Assembly (NCBI GenBank): GCA_965224195.1
Contig: OZ245040.1
Location: 256,001-320,000 of the forward strand
Length of the DNA: 64,000 nt
From: Nitrosopumilus sp.
GTDB lineage: Archaea; Thermoproteota; Nitrososphaeria; Nitrososphaerales; Nitrosopumilaceae
Direction of reading: 5' to 3'
Part shown: one piece after another, positions 10,222 through 20,541 of the stretch
How positions within the stretch are numbered: position 1 is the stretch's first letter
Layout: each line of letters starts with the position of its first letter
Position numbers and translations under genes: made by a program
Notes under the pieces: generated by a model
Databases searched by the model: none
Seen by the model: the letters and a program-made list of their open reading frames with translations, nothing else
Told to the model about the DNA's origin: nothing

Positions 10222-11409
10222 GTGGATTATCGGGTAAAATTAGCAAAGCGAATGCTGTTCAATAAAAGAGGCAGTCTAATTGGAGCCATTTTAGCAGTAA
10301 CTGTTGGTATTTTAGTTATTCATGTAAACTTTGTAATTTTTCAAGGATTGTATGATGCTTTTGTTAGAGATATTCGTGATTACAGTACAGGTGATGTGAT
10401 TGTAACTGATGAATTTGATTTTATTGATAAATCTGATCAGTCTCTTATTCGATGGTTTGAACGCATCCCAGATGTTGAAGCCGCAACTCCGCGGCTATCT
10501 ACAACATCTGAAATGAATATGACAAAAAATGGAAAGTTGATTGAGGAAACTAGAATTTCATTGGTAGGAGTTGATCCATTTAATGACATTAGAGCTTCTA
10601 CAGCACACACAACTATTTCTGATGGAAGTTATGTTTTTTCAAGAAATTCTATTGTGTTAGGATCTACTGTTGCAAGAGATTTGGGAGGAGCTCAAGTAGG
10701 TGATAGTGTAAAAGTTCTTGTAGTTGATAGATGGGGACAAGATCAAATTAGAAGATTTATGGTTACTGGAATAGCAAGTTCACCAGGAGGATCAGGATTT
10801 GATTATTCTGGTGTTATTCATATTGATACTTTACGTGATATGATGAGTAGACATGGAGATACAGGTTCATTCATGGTAAAACTACATGATCCCTCTGCTG
10901 CAACAGAAGTTAAAGAATTCTTTTTACGTTCATTCCCAAACGATGACTTTATTGCTGAAACGACTGAAGAAGCATCAGAAGCACAACTAGAAGGTTTTAG
11001 ATCTGGCATTGCTATGATTAACATGGTTGGTTATTTCGGAATGATGTCTTCTGCATTTGCAGTTGTTACAATCCAAATGATGTTAGTAAATGGGAAAACT
11101 AGAGAAATAGGTGTAATGAGATCAATTGGTGCTAAACGAAAAGACATTCTAATAATTTTTATTTTCCAAGGAATGATAATCGGAGCTGTTGGAGCTGGTG
11201 TCGGTACTGCAGCTGGATTAGGTTATACTTTTTACGCTAAAGAAACAAAAATGTCATTTGCTGGAAGTCTTGAATTAGAAGTAACCTATAACTGGGAAAA
11301 AATTATTCAAACTGTATTAATGTCATTTAGTTTAGCAATAATTGCATCTCTATATCCTTCGTATAGAGCGACAAAATTACTACCTGTGGAGGCTATGCGA
11401 GCTGTCTAA
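10222..11409 (+). CDS. ABC transporter permease (LolE/MacB/FtsX type)
   Basis: KTREIGVMRSIGA, ASLYPSYRA; 4 TM segments plus extracellular domain. Confidence 0.9.
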   Translation: MDYRVKLAKRMLFNKRGSLIGAILAVTVGILVIHVNFVIFQGLYDAFVRDIRDYSTGDVIVTDEFDFIDKSDQSLIRWFERIPDVEAATPRLSTTSEMNMTKNGKLIEETRISLVGVDPFNDIRASTAHTTISDGSYVFSRNSIVLGSTVARDLGGAQVGDSVKVLVVDRWGQDQIRRFMVTGIASSPGGSGFDYSGVIHIDTLRDMMSRHGDTGSFMVKLHDPSAATEVKEFFLRSFPNDDFIAETTEEASEAQLEGFRSGIAMINMVGYFGMMSSAFAVVTIQMMLVNGKTREIGVMRSIGAKRKDILIIFIFQGMIIGAVGAGVGTAAGLGYTFYAKETKMSFAGSLELEVTYNWEKIIQTVLMSFSLAIIASLYPSYRATKLLPVEAMRAV

Positions 11410-12103
11410 CGTGCTTGAGATTAATAATCTCAATAAAATCTATGGGGAAAGTGATAGTCAAGTAAAAGCTCTTGATGATGTTTCATTTTCAATTAAACAA
11501 GGTGAACTTGTTTTAATTGTTGGTAGTTCTGGATCTGGTAAATCTACATTACTAAACATGATTGGATTATTAGATCATCCTACAAAAGGTAAAATTTTAA
11601 TTGATGGAATTAACACCACTACACTTAATGATGATGAAATTTCTTCATTTAGAAATAAAAAACTAGGATTTATCTTTCAATTTTCAAATTTACTTACTGA
11701 TCTTTCAGTTTTAGAAAATGTTTTGTTGCCAATGCAGATTGCAGGTAATGATACTGCAGAAAAAGATGCTATGGATTTGTTAAAAGTTGTTGGTCTAGAA
11801 AACCAGATGTATAAACGTGTAAATAAAATATCTGGCGGTCAAGCTCAAAGAGTAGCTATTGCAAGAGGATTGATCAATAAACCCTCAATTGTATTAGCGG
11901 ATGAACCAACTGGCAATCTTGATTCTGTTACTTCACAAACAATTGTTCAATTAATGAAATCAATGGCAAAAAAACTTAATCAAATATTCATAATCGTTAC
12001 TCACGATAGACAATATTTTGGAGATGTTGATAGGGTAATTACAATTAAAGATGGTAAAGCATTTGAAGGTGATCTTCCATCTGAAATGGAGATAGTAGCG
12101 TAA
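11342..12103 (+). CDS. ABC transporter ATP-binding protein (LolD-like); true start probably near 11400
   Basis: GSSGSGKST, ISGGQAQRVAIAR, LADEPTGNLD. Confidence 0.93.
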   Translation: MHLYILRIERQNYYLWRLCELSNVLEINNLNKIYGESDSQVKALDDVSFSIKQGELVLIVGSSGSGKSTLLNMIGLLDHPTKGKILIDGINTTTLNDDEISSFRNKKLGFIFQFSNLLTDLSVLENVLLPMQIAGNDTAEKDAMDLLKVVGLENQMYKRVNKISGGQAQRVAIARGLINKPSIVLADEPTGNLDSVTSQTIVQLMKSMAKKLNQIFIIVTHDRQYFGDVDRVITIKDGKAFEGDLPSEMEIVA

Positions 12104-13407
12104 TGAATTTTAAAATTATTTTATCATTACTTATGATTGGATTGTTACCAATTATTTTTGATAATTCGTATGCACAAATTACTTCTGGTGGATTTGGTCA
12201 GTCTCCATTTGAAAGAGATTTTGGTGATGTAAAATTTTTAGATGCGTATTTTGGTACTCTAAATGACAAAATTGAAGTTGAAGCAGGAGATGGTAATGTA
12301 CCGTTTACAGTTGTGCTTGCAAATGTAGGTACTCAAGATATTACTGGTATTAGAGGACAATTATCATTACCAACCAATTTTTCTCCATCTGATGGTCCAG
12401 GCTCAGTAATTCATGCTGATAGTGATTCAAATTCACTAGCAGGAGAGAATTTTCATCTAACGTTTTTTGTAAATATTAATGAAAATTCACAAATTCGGCA
12501 ATATCCTGGAACTGTAAAAGTAGATTATTCAAGATTAAGAGAATCAGGAGTTAGAACAGCCTTTGCTGACTTTGATTTTAAGGTCACAGGTGACAGTGTG
12601 ATAAATGTAAAAGCTCAAGAACCTTTTCTTACTTCTTTAAGATCTAATGATGTCGTAATTGAAATTGCAAATGATGGTACTGCTCCCATTTCTGGTGTAG
12701 ATATTACTGCAACAAATACATCTACAGAACTTGCATCTACATCATCATCAACTACCAATGTTGAAAATGTTGTAATTTTAGAATCAAGCTGGGATATTGG
12801 AAACATTGCTCCAAAATCAGCAAGATACCTTACAGCAACTGTATATGTTCCTGAATCACTCAAAGGTGACACTTTAAGAATTCCTTTATCAATTCAATAT
12901 TATAATACACATGGTGATTTACATCAAGTTTCAAAAATTGTTGATTTTTACATTAAAGGATTAATTGATTTAACAATCTTCAATGTTGATGTAATTGAAT
13001 TATCTGGTACTCAAATGGTTATTGGTGAAATTATTAATGAAGGTAATGAAGATGGATTATTTGGTTTTGTATCTATTGAATCTAAAGGTGATTCTAATAT
13101 TAAATCAGATACTCAATTTATTGATGAAATTGAAGTAGATGCACCAGTACCATTTAATATTCCAATTGAATTTGATGGTGAACCACAATATGGTGAGCAT
13201 GATGTCACAATAACTGTTAGATACAAAGACAGTACAAGAGATGAGATATTTCTAAATCATGATGCAACAATTACTGTAAAGGAACCATCAAATGAAGATG
13301 AAAATTCTACTGATCCAACAATTATAATTATTCCAATTCTTTTGGTAATGGGAGCTGCATTTTATATTATTCGTAGGCGTAAAAAAGCAGCAATTGAGGC
13401 TAGTTGA
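12103..13407 (+). CDS. COG1361-type S-layer-family surface protein
   Basis: Signal peptide, Ig-like beta-rich repeats, C-terminal TM + RRRKK; typical partner of this ABC pair. Confidence 0.75.
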   Translation: MNFKIILSLLMIGLLPIIFDNSYAQITSGGFGQSPFERDFGDVKFLDAYFGTLNDKIEVEAGDGNVPFTVVLANVGTQDITGIRGQLSLPTNFSPSDGPGSVIHADSDSNSLAGENFHLTFFVNINENSQIRQYPGTVKVDYSRLRESGVRTAFADFDFKVTGDSVINVKAQEPFLTSLRSNDVVIEIANDGTAPISGVDITATNTSTELASTSSSTTNVENVVILESSWDIGNIAPKSARYLTATVYVPESLKGDTLRIPLSIQYYNTHGDLHQVSKIVDFYIKGLIDLTIFNVDVIELSGTQMVIGEIINEGNEDGLFGFVSIESKGDSNIKSDTQFIDEIEVDAPVPFNIPIEFDGEPQYGEHDVTITVRYKDSTRDEIFLNHDATITVKEPSNEDENSTDPTIIIIPILLVMGAAFYIIRRRKKAAIEAS

Positions 13408-13451
13408 AGATAAAATTTTAAATCTAAAACGGAAAATTAAGGAATAATAAA

Positions 13452-13784
13452 TTGAGATTAACAATTATCATTCTTATTGTAGTTTTATCTATTGGAAGTA
13501 TAGTAATTTCATTAGGTTTTCTAACTTCTCAAGAATACATTGATGTTCCTGAAATTACTAATCAATATGAAAAATTAGAATCGTACAAAAATGAATTAGA
13601 AAAAATCAATCAACAAAATCAAAAAATTCTAAATGATTTAGAATTTCAAATTAAAAATTCAGATGATGTTCATATAGATCAAATTAATGATGAGATCGAA
13701 GTAATAAAACGTGTAATTGAAGAAAACAAAGTAGAATTAGAACAAGTAATTATAGAATTGTCTCAAACAGAATCTGATCCATAG
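13452..13784 (+). CDS. Hypothetical membrane-anchored coiled-coil protein
   Basis: N-terminal TM, heptad-rich remainder. Confidence 0.65.
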   Translation: MRLTIIILIVVLSIGSIVISLGFLTSQEYIDVPEITNQYEKLESYKNELEKINQQNQKILNDLEFQIKNSDDVHIDQINDEIEVIKRVIEENKVELEQVIIELSQTESDP

Positions 13785-13973
13785 TAAAACTAATTTCCAT
13801 TTTTGGGAAATTTAGATCATAATTATATTACATCTTAAGGAGATAATATTGGGTATGGCAAAGGGCATTTTTCTCTTTCTAGTAGGTAGTATTGTAGGGT
13901 TTATCACAACACCTTTACTATAATAACTAAAAATTTTCCTAAATTCATATAGTTATTTAGAATAAAATTTTCA

Positions 13974-14156
13974 TTGGAAATACATCAAAAATTAACAATT
14001 TTAGGAGTAATTTTGTTGGTTGTAACTTTTTTAATTAATTTTTATCATCAAGATACTCATCCTGATGTTGGATTCAATTATGCATATGTTACTGGAGTTT
14101 TGATGTTAGTAGCATTTTCAATTAGTTTTGTAATGTTTACAAAAAATCAACTATAG
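13974..14156 (+). CDS. Small two-TM hypothetical protein
   Basis: 60 aa with two hydrophobic segments. Confidence 0.65.
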   Translation: MEIHQKLTILGVILLVVTFLINFYHQDTHPDVGFNYAYVTGVLMLVAFSISFVMFTKNQL

Positions 14157-14398
14157 ACATCTCAATTTCAATATGTAATAGATGGTGTAAAGGTCTTTTG
14201 TAGGAAAAGCCTTCATCCTATCTATTTGAATCAAATTAATTTTATTTACATAAAAAATACACGTAGAAATTCTCAGTGAGATCTAAATACTATTTCACAA
14301 TATTTTGTTTAGTCGTCACTAAATAACAAATCGTTTTTGGTCTTAGACTGTTCAATTTTTGACCGTAAGATTATAAGCCATTACTGGATCTTGCGATT

Positions 14399-14782
14399 AT
14401 GCCTGGCGATGAGATTGAAGTACCAAAAGAATTACGAGAATTTATGCTAGAAGAATCTGAAGAAACGATACTTGGGCAAAAAAATGGCGCACACAAACAA
14501 TATCGTTATGGAAACTTACACATCAGAGAATACGATGATAAATTTTTAGTTCATAATGACAAGATTGATCCACGTAAAGATCCAATAGGACATTTAGTTT
14601 ATGATGCTCCTGAAATTTTAATTGGTTTAGCATGTGCAATTTTTGGCGGTTCACAAATTGCAAAAAATTTTTCAAATAAAAATTCTAAAAAATTATCAGT
14701 AACGTCAGGGTTAATCTCTTCAATAATTTCTGGATATATTGGATATTTAGCTACTAAGAAAATTAAAAATTATTTGGAGTAA
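14399..14782 (+). CDS. Conserved archaeal hypothetical protein
   Basis: QYRYGNLHIREY...HNDKIDPRKDPIGHLVYDAPE; TATA-like TTATAA upstream. Confidence 0.75.
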   Translation: MPGDEIEVPKELREFMLEESEETILGQKNGAHKQYRYGNLHIREYDDKFLVHNDKIDPRKDPIGHLVYDAPEILIGLACAIFGGSQIAKNFSNKNSKKLSVTSGLISSIISGYIGYLATKKIKNYLE

Positions 14783-14787
14783 ATTAT

Positions 14788-16332
14788 ATGTCTACTATCA
14801 GAACTATCCAGGTACTCTTTAAACTCCTTCCATCTATTCTTGCATTACGTAAAGATAGAAAAAAATGGATAAATCAAGAAAAAAATCAAATTGATTCAGA
14901 ACAGTTTAGAAAAAATGCACGAAAAGTACTTGATACTTTCATTTCTTTAGGTCCTGTATACATAAAATTAGGGCAATGGCTTTCTTCACGAGCAGATATT
15001 TTACCACAACCATATTTAGAAGAACTCTCAAAACTTCAAGACAGTGTACCATCTGTCCCATTTGATCAAGTTAAACCAATAATTGAAAAAGATCTTGGCC
15101 CTATTGATGAAAAATTTGATAATATTGATCCTAATTCTATATCTGGTGCTTCATTAGGTCAAGTTTATCGTGGAACTATTTCAGGTCAACAGATTGTTGT
15201 CAAAGTTAAAAGACCTGGAATTGAAAAAGTTGTAGCAAAAGATCTCCAAGTTCTAAAAAAAGTTCTTCCGCTTGCATTGAGATTTGTTGATCCAAATTTA
15301 CGTTATTCAGCAAAAGCAATGCTTTCTCAATTTATTGAAACAATTCATGAAGAAATGAATTACAAAAATGAATTACAAAATCTTAAAAGAATCAAAGAGG
15401 ATATGGTAGGATCAACTAGCGTGATTGTGCCATCAGTTTATGATGATTATTCGTCAAAAAATGTACTCACCATGGAATATTTGCCTGGAATTAAGGTTAC
15501 AAATGTTCAAGCTTTAGATGAAAAAGGAATTGATAGAGAACAGCTTGTAATTGATGTCCACAAGGTATTTTTCACAATGCTTCTCAAACATTCAGTTTTT
15601 CATGCAGATCCACACCCTGGAAATATTTCCGTAACTGATGATGGAAAACTCATTTTGTATGACTATGGAATGATAGGACGAATAAATAATGAAACACGAT
15701 TCAAATTGATTAGACTGTATCTGGCACTAGTTGAAAGAAATCCCTCTAGAGTAGTAAATGCAATGATTGATCTTTCAATGCTGACTCCTGGTTACAACCG
15801 AGAGGTAATTGAAAAAGGAATTGAACTTTCAATTCATGCAATGCATGGAAACAAACCTGATGAAATGGAAGTTCAAAGTTTGATGGAGCTTGCAAACCAA
15901 ACAATGAGCAGATTTCCATTTGTGCTGCCAAAGAACTTAGCTTTGTATATGAGAATGGCATCAATCATTGAGGGGATTTACAAAACCCATGACGTTGATT
16001 TTAAATTTGTCAAAGTTTTAAAAAATATTTTACAAGAAGAAAATCTTATTCCACGAGCGTATGTTGAAGAATTAAAAATTTCGTTTGATAATTTTTCAAA
16101 ATCAATTGATTCTGCACTTAGAATTGGACCTGAAATGAAAAAACTCATGGATGAAGTTCAAATACATATGAAGAAAGGGAAACCAATGGTTTTAATCAGT
16201 GGAAGCATATTTGCATCTGTAACTTTTCTAGGTTCTGTGTTTTTGTTTCAATCAAATGAATTACTTGGATTGATCGGTATGGTAAGTTCTGGTTTGATTA
16301 TGGCAGCATCAGGATTTTTTAGAAAATATTAG
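14788..16332 (+). CDS. AarF/ABC1/UbiB family kinase
   Basis: LGPVYIKLGQ, ASLGQVY, VKVKRPG, FHADPHPGN. Confidence 0.93.
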   Translation: MSTIRTIQVLFKLLPSILALRKDRKKWINQEKNQIDSEQFRKNARKVLDTFISLGPVYIKLGQWLSSRADILPQPYLEELSKLQDSVPSVPFDQVKPIIEKDLGPIDEKFDNIDPNSISGASLGQVYRGTISGQQIVVKVKRPGIEKVVAKDLQVLKKVLPLALRFVDPNLRYSAKAMLSQFIETIHEEMNYKNELQNLKRIKEDMVGSTSVIVPSVYDDYSSKNVLTMEYLPGIKVTNVQALDEKGIDREQLVIDVHKVFFTMLLKHSVFHADPHPGNISVTDDGKLILYDYGMIGRINNETRFKLIRLYLALVERNPSRVVNAMIDLSMLTPGYNREVIEKGIELSIHAMHGNKPDEMEVQSLMELANQTMSRFPFVLPKNLALYMRMASIIEGIYKTHDVDFKFVKVLKNILQEENLIPRAYVEELKISFDNFSKSIDSALRIGPEMKKLMDEVQIHMKKGKPMVLISGSIFASVTFLGSVFLFQSNELLGLIGMVSSGLIMAASGFFRKY

Positions 16333-16333
16333 A

Positions 16334-16714
16334 TTATTCTATTGAAATATTTTTCTCTTTTTTAGTAACAGGGATAATTAATGTGAGAATTCCATTTTCA
16401 TATTTTGCAGATTCAATTTTTTCTTCACCTTGCTTAATTTCTATGGGAAGTCTAATTTTTTTATCTATTACATTTGGTCTTTGATTTGATATCAAAGATT
16501 TAGATTCTTTTTCGTCAATTATTTTTTTTGCATTGATAGAAAGAATATCTCCACATAGTGACAATTCAATTTCATTTTTTGTAAATCCAGGAATATCAAT
16601 TACAATTTTTAGATTTTTATCATTTAGATACATATCCATTGGTGGTAAAACAAATTCATAGAATTCTCTTGATTTATTTCCAATCTCTTTGATTACATCT
16701 TTTACAAGTCCCAT
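16334..16714 (-). CDS. Small heat-shock protein Hsp20
   Basis: DIPGF...AKYENGILTL alpha-crystallin signature. Confidence 0.92.
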   Translation of the reverse strand: MGLVKDVIKEIGNKSREFYEFVLPPMDMYLNDKNLKIVIDIPGFTKNEIELSLCGDILSINAKKIIDEKESKSLISNQRPNVIDKKIRLPIEIKQGEEKIESAKYENGILTLIIPVTKKEKNISIE

Positions 16715-16791
16715 TTTGTGTTATGTGCTCAATTTTTAGTTATAAATCTTGATAGATTTTTAATCAATTAATCTCTCAGTTTTGATATCTC

Positions 16792-17397
16792 ATGATTATT
16801 GTAATTGAAGGTGGAGATCAAGCAGGAAAATTAACACAATCTACTCTTTTAGAAAAAGCTCTCAAAAAACGAAACATCAAAACAAAACTATTTCATTTTC
16901 CTGACTATGAAACACCAATTGGCAAAGAAATTAGAAAATATTTAGATGGAAAAAGAAAATTTCCTCCACAGGTAATTCATTGTCTCTTGGCAGCTAACAG
17001 ATGGGAAAAACTTGATACCATTTTAGCAGCTGAGGAAAAAAATTCTGTTTTAATCATGAATAGATATTATCATTCTAACTTAGTTTATGGATTAGCAAAT
17101 GGTTTGAAGCAAAAATGGCTTGAGAGCCTTGATGAAGGTCTTCCAAAGGCTGATCTTGTTATTTTACTTGATGTTACTCAAAAAGAATCATTTTCAAGAA
17201 CTCCACAAAATAAAATTGGAGGAAAGAAAATGAAACGAGACAAGTTTGAAAAAAATAAAGAATTTTCTACAAAGATTTCTAATCTTTACAGAACTGTTGG
17301 CAAGAAAAAACATTGGAAAATAATTGATGCTACTATGTCTAAAGAAAAAGTTCATGAAGAAATTTTAAAAATATTTTCAAAGAAATTAGGAATATGA
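16792..17397 (+). CDS. tmk: Thymidylate kinase
   Basis: IEGGDQAGKLTQ, FPDYET, NRYYHSNLVY. Confidence 0.92.
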   Translation: MIIVIEGGDQAGKLTQSTLLEKALKKRNIKTKLFHFPDYETPIGKEIRKYLDGKRKFPPQVIHCLLAANRWEKLDTILAAEEKNSVLIMNRYYHSNLVYGLANGLKQKWLESLDEGLPKADLVILLDVTQKESFSRTPQNKIGGKKMKRDKFEKNKEFSTKISNLYRTVGKKKHWKIIDATMSKEKVHEEILKIFSKKLGI

Positions 17398-18629
17398 AAA
17401 AAAATTACCTAGATATTATTGATCCAATTCATGATTTTATTCGTGTTTATGATTATGAACTTCCAATAATTGACAATCCACTTTTTCAAAGATTAAGACG
17501 AATCAAACAGCTTTCTGGCGCACATTTGACATATCCTTCGGCACAACATAGTCGATTTGAGCATTCTCTAGGAGTTATGCACATTGCTAGTCAAGCTGGT
17601 TTTGCATTAAATGAAAAGGGATTTCTAAATTCTGATGATATTCAATTATTACGTATTGCAGGATTGTTACATGATATTGGTCATGGGCCTTTTTCTCATT
17701 TGTTTGAAGAAGTAATACAAGAAAAAAAAATTTCACATGAAGATTATGGAAAAAAAATTATTCTAGGATCTGAAATTGGTGATATATTATCAAAAACAGG
17801 ATTTGATAAAAAATTAATTACTAAAATTGCATTTGGGGAATCAAAATATCAATATCTAAATGAAATTGTTTCAGGAGCTTTGAGTGCAGATATGATGGAT
17901 TATTTGCTAAGAGATGGTTATTTTACAGGAGCAGAACATGCAAAAATAGATCATAAAAGAATTACACAGTCCCTTAATATTCATAAAAACAAACTTGCCT
18001 TGGAACGTTCAGCACTTTATTCATTTGAATCTATGATGCATTCAAGATATCAAATGTTCAAAGCTGTATATTTTCATAAAACTGTACGTGCAGCAGAGGT
18101 AATGCTTATTGAAGCATTAAGATTGTCTGATGATGAATTCGGTTTTACATCTTTTAATCTAAATGAATTTGTTAAACTAACTGATGAATATGTTCTATCA
18201 TCATTGATCACATCCAAATCTTCTAAACTCAAACGAGCAAGGCAATTTGCAGAAGATTATCAAAATCGTAAATTGTTAAAATGTGTATATGAAAGAATTC
18301 TTACAAATCAAACAAATTTGAAGAAAACTAGAACAGATGAACTTAGAATTGAAATTTCTAAAAAATCTAAAGTTGATGAAAATGAAATTTTTGTAGATAG
18401 TTCTGTTACCCCTTCTATTCCTCTTGCCCCATCAAAAAATGAGTCAAAATCAATCATTTTGATAACTAATGAGGGTACAAAATCTTCAGCAAAAGAGATG
18501 CCAATTTCTGATATACCCGTAGTTTCGGCGATTTCTGGATTCATGAACATACTTAGAATATACACTCATCAAAAGAACAGAAAAAAAGTTGAAATTGCCA
18601 CTAAATCAATCCTTGGTGATCTGAAATGA
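17394..18629 (+). CDS. HD-domain phosphohydrolase (dNTPase-like)
   Basis: [38 protein letters not shown]. Confidence 0.92.
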   Translation: MKKNYLDIIDPIHDFIRVYDYELPIIDNPLFQRLRRIKQLSGAHLTYPSAQHSRFEHSLGVMHIASQAGFALNEKGFLNSDDIQLLRIAGLLHDIGHGPFSHLFEEVIQEKKISHEDYGKKIILGSEIGDILSKTGFDKKLITKIAFGESKYQYLNEIVSGALSADMMDYLLRDGYFTGAEHAKIDHKRITQSLNIHKNKLALERSALYSFESMMHSRYQMFKAVYFHKTVRAAEVMLIEALRLSDDEFGFTSFNLNEFVKLTDEYVLSSLITSKSSKLKRARQFAEDYQNRKLLKCVYERILTNQTNLKKTRTDELRIEISKKSKVDENEIFVDSSVTPSIPLAPSKNESKSIILITNEGTKSSAKEMPISDIPVVSAISGFMNILRIYTHQKNRKKVEIATKSILGDLK

Positions 18630-19309
18630 AAAAACGAATTGTAATCAAATTATCTGGACGAGTTTTTGGCATGGATAATGTCAAAGTTCTAAAAGATTAT
18701 GCTACTTTTCTAGTAAAAATTAGCAAATTTTGTCAACCTGTTGTAATTGCAGGTGGTGGTACTATTGCACGACATTACATCTCACATGCAAGATCTTCTG
18801 GAGCAGATGAATCTACCCTTGATGAATTAGGGATTGAAATTTCAAGACTTAATGCAAAATTGCTAATTTATGCTCTAAAAAATAAAGCATATTCACATCC
18901 ACCAACTACTTTACAAGAAGTAAGACATGCAGTAGATGATGGATTAATCGTAGTAGCAGGAGGTCTTCATCCTGGTCAAAGCACTAATGGTACTGCCGCA
19001 TTGATCGCAGAAAAAATCAAAGCTGAACAGTTTCTTAATGCAACTGATGTTGATGGAGTTTATGATATGGATCCTAACAAATTCAAAAAAGCAAAAAAAT
19101 TCAAACGAATAGAATTAAAGAATTTGAAAAATATGTTAGTCCATGAAGACTCTGTAGCTGGTGGATATGACTTGATGGATATTGTTGCCCTCAAAATTAT
19201 AGAGCGTTCAAAAATTAAAACAAGAATTCTAAAAGCAGATACAAAAATTATTGAAAAGGCAATTAAAGGTGCCAACGTTGGCACCGAAATTATTCTTCCT
19301 TCAAAATAA
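18626..19309 (+). CDS. pyrH: UMP kinase
   Basis: VIKLSG, AGGG, PGQST, TDVDGVY. Confidence 0.93.
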   Translation: MKKRIVIKLSGRVFGMDNVKVLKDYATFLVKISKFCQPVVIAGGGTIARHYISHARSSGADESTLDELGIEISRLNAKLLIYALKNKAYSHPPTTLQEVRHAVDDGLIVVAGGLHPGQSTNGTAALIAEKIKAEQFLNATDVDGVYDMDPNKFKKAKKFKRIELKNLKNMLVHEDSVAGGYDLMDIVALKIIERSKIKTRILKADTKIIEKAIKGANVGTEIILPSK

Positions 19310-19666
19310 TCAGTCAGAAGAATCGTTTTGAATTGTAGGTTTTGTTTGAGACCAGATTTGAATATCATTTTTTGGATATTCAGGAATTCCAGTATCTCGT
19401 AGTTTTTTGTAAATTGACAAGGCTTCTTCTTTCTCCACAGCCTTGGATTGTGCTTTGGTAAATCCATCTTTATCTACTATTACGGCAACATGACCATCTT
19501 CAGAACTAATCACTGCAGTAAATTCTTCTTCTCCGACAGGATAAAATTTCCCATCAATCTTTTTTGTAGTCAAAGTCAACATACCAAATCCAGCAACTTC
19601 AAACATCTTTATTTGTGATTTTCCGGCTCTTTGTTTTCCTTGTTGTACGGCTTGAAAATATTGCAT
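19310..19666 (-). CDS. Hypothetical protein (start at MQYFQ)
   Basis: C-terminal 118 aa of track ORF; upstream part overlaps the divergent gene. Confidence 0.7.
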   Translation of the reverse strand: MQYFQAVQQGKQRAGKSQIKMFEVAGFGMLTLTTKKIDGKFYPVGEEEFTAVISSEDGHVAVIVDKDGFTKAQSKAVEKEEALSIYKKLRDTGIPEYPKNDIQIWSQTKPTIQNDSSD

Positions 19667-19736
19667 AATTTTTTCTTCTTGCAATGGTATAATAACTATC
19701 TCAACATTTAAGACATCAAGAGGAAATGCAAAATTC

Positions 19737-20291
19737 ATGAATCCTAAAATTTTTGTTGGTATAGCAGTTGCTACACTTGCTGTAATTTTAGGTGGGATTC
19801 TTTTAACAGGACCTACAATGGTTATTCCTACACAAGACAATTCAGGTAATATTCAAAATACTTCTCAAGCAAAACCGATACAAATTGAATTGGAGGATAT
19901 TTCAATATCTAAAATTTCAGAGCGATCAGTTACTATTGAAGTAGCATTCAAACTTTCAAATTCAAATGAACGTGCAATGATTGTACAAACTATGGATTAC
20001 CAATTGTTTGAAACAGGCTATTCTGAAACTGAACAAATAACTGGTGGTGAAATTGGTAGTAGACCTACAGGTATGGTAGAGTTTGGATCAAACTACTATA
20101 CACTCCTTGGTAAAAACTCAATTATTTTAAAAGATTCTAAGACGATAAAGAATACTGGAAACACTGCAGAATTGTGGGCAACATTTGAAGATGATACTCC
20201 AACATGGAGAGTATCTGGTGATGTATTTTACAATCTCAGCTCGATGACTAGCGGTCAAGAAAACGAGCTTCATTTTGAATTTACAAAATAA
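19737..20291 (+). CDS. Membrane-anchored hypothetical protein (LEA_2/WHy-like)
   Basis: N-terminal TM; beta-rich IEVAFKLSNSN...MDYQL pattern. Confidence 0.65.
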   Translation: MNPKIFVGIAVATLAVILGGILLTGPTMVIPTQDNSGNIQNTSQAKPIQIELEDISISKISERSVTIEVAFKLSNSNERAMIVQTMDYQLFETGYSETEQITGGEIGSRPTGMVEFGSNYYTLLGKNSIILKDSKTIKNTGNTAELWATFEDDTPTWRVSGDVFYNLSSMTSGQENELHFEFTK

Positions 20292-20357
20292 ACTAGATAG
20301 TATCATAAAATCTTAAAATTATGATAGTATGTTTTTAGAGGAAAAATATTGGCAAAG

Positions 20358-20365
20358 TTATAAAA
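20358..20365 (+). promoter_or_regulatory. TATA box for the 36-aa small ORF
   Basis: TTATAAAA with purine-rich BRE, 25 nt before ATG 20390. Confidence 0.55.
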
Positions 20366-20389
20366 GTCCGTTTCATTGTTTTTTATCAA

Positions 20390-20500
20390 ATGGCAGAAGC
20401 AGGTATGGCCGCATTTGGCGCAGCAGCAGGAGTCGCAATTGCACTCGCAGTAGTGTGTTTCGCTCTACGTGGTAAAGGACATCCGGAACCACTCGATTAA
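20390..20500 (+). CDS. 36-aa single-TM microprotein MAEAGMAAFGAAAGVAIALAVVCFALRGKGHPEPLD
   Basis: Manual translation; GC-rich codons like amt; TATA box upstream, T-tract downstream. Confidence 0.75.
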   Translation: MAEAGMAAFGAAAGVAIALAVVCFALRGKGHPEPLD

Positions 20501-20541
20501 CCAAAGGAATTTTTCCTTTACAACATTTTTCTAATTTTTCA

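Noticed and set aside
13855-13923. 22-codon hydrophobic ORF MAKGIFLFLVGSIVGFITTPLL
   Set aside because: Too short to support; may be a gene remnant.
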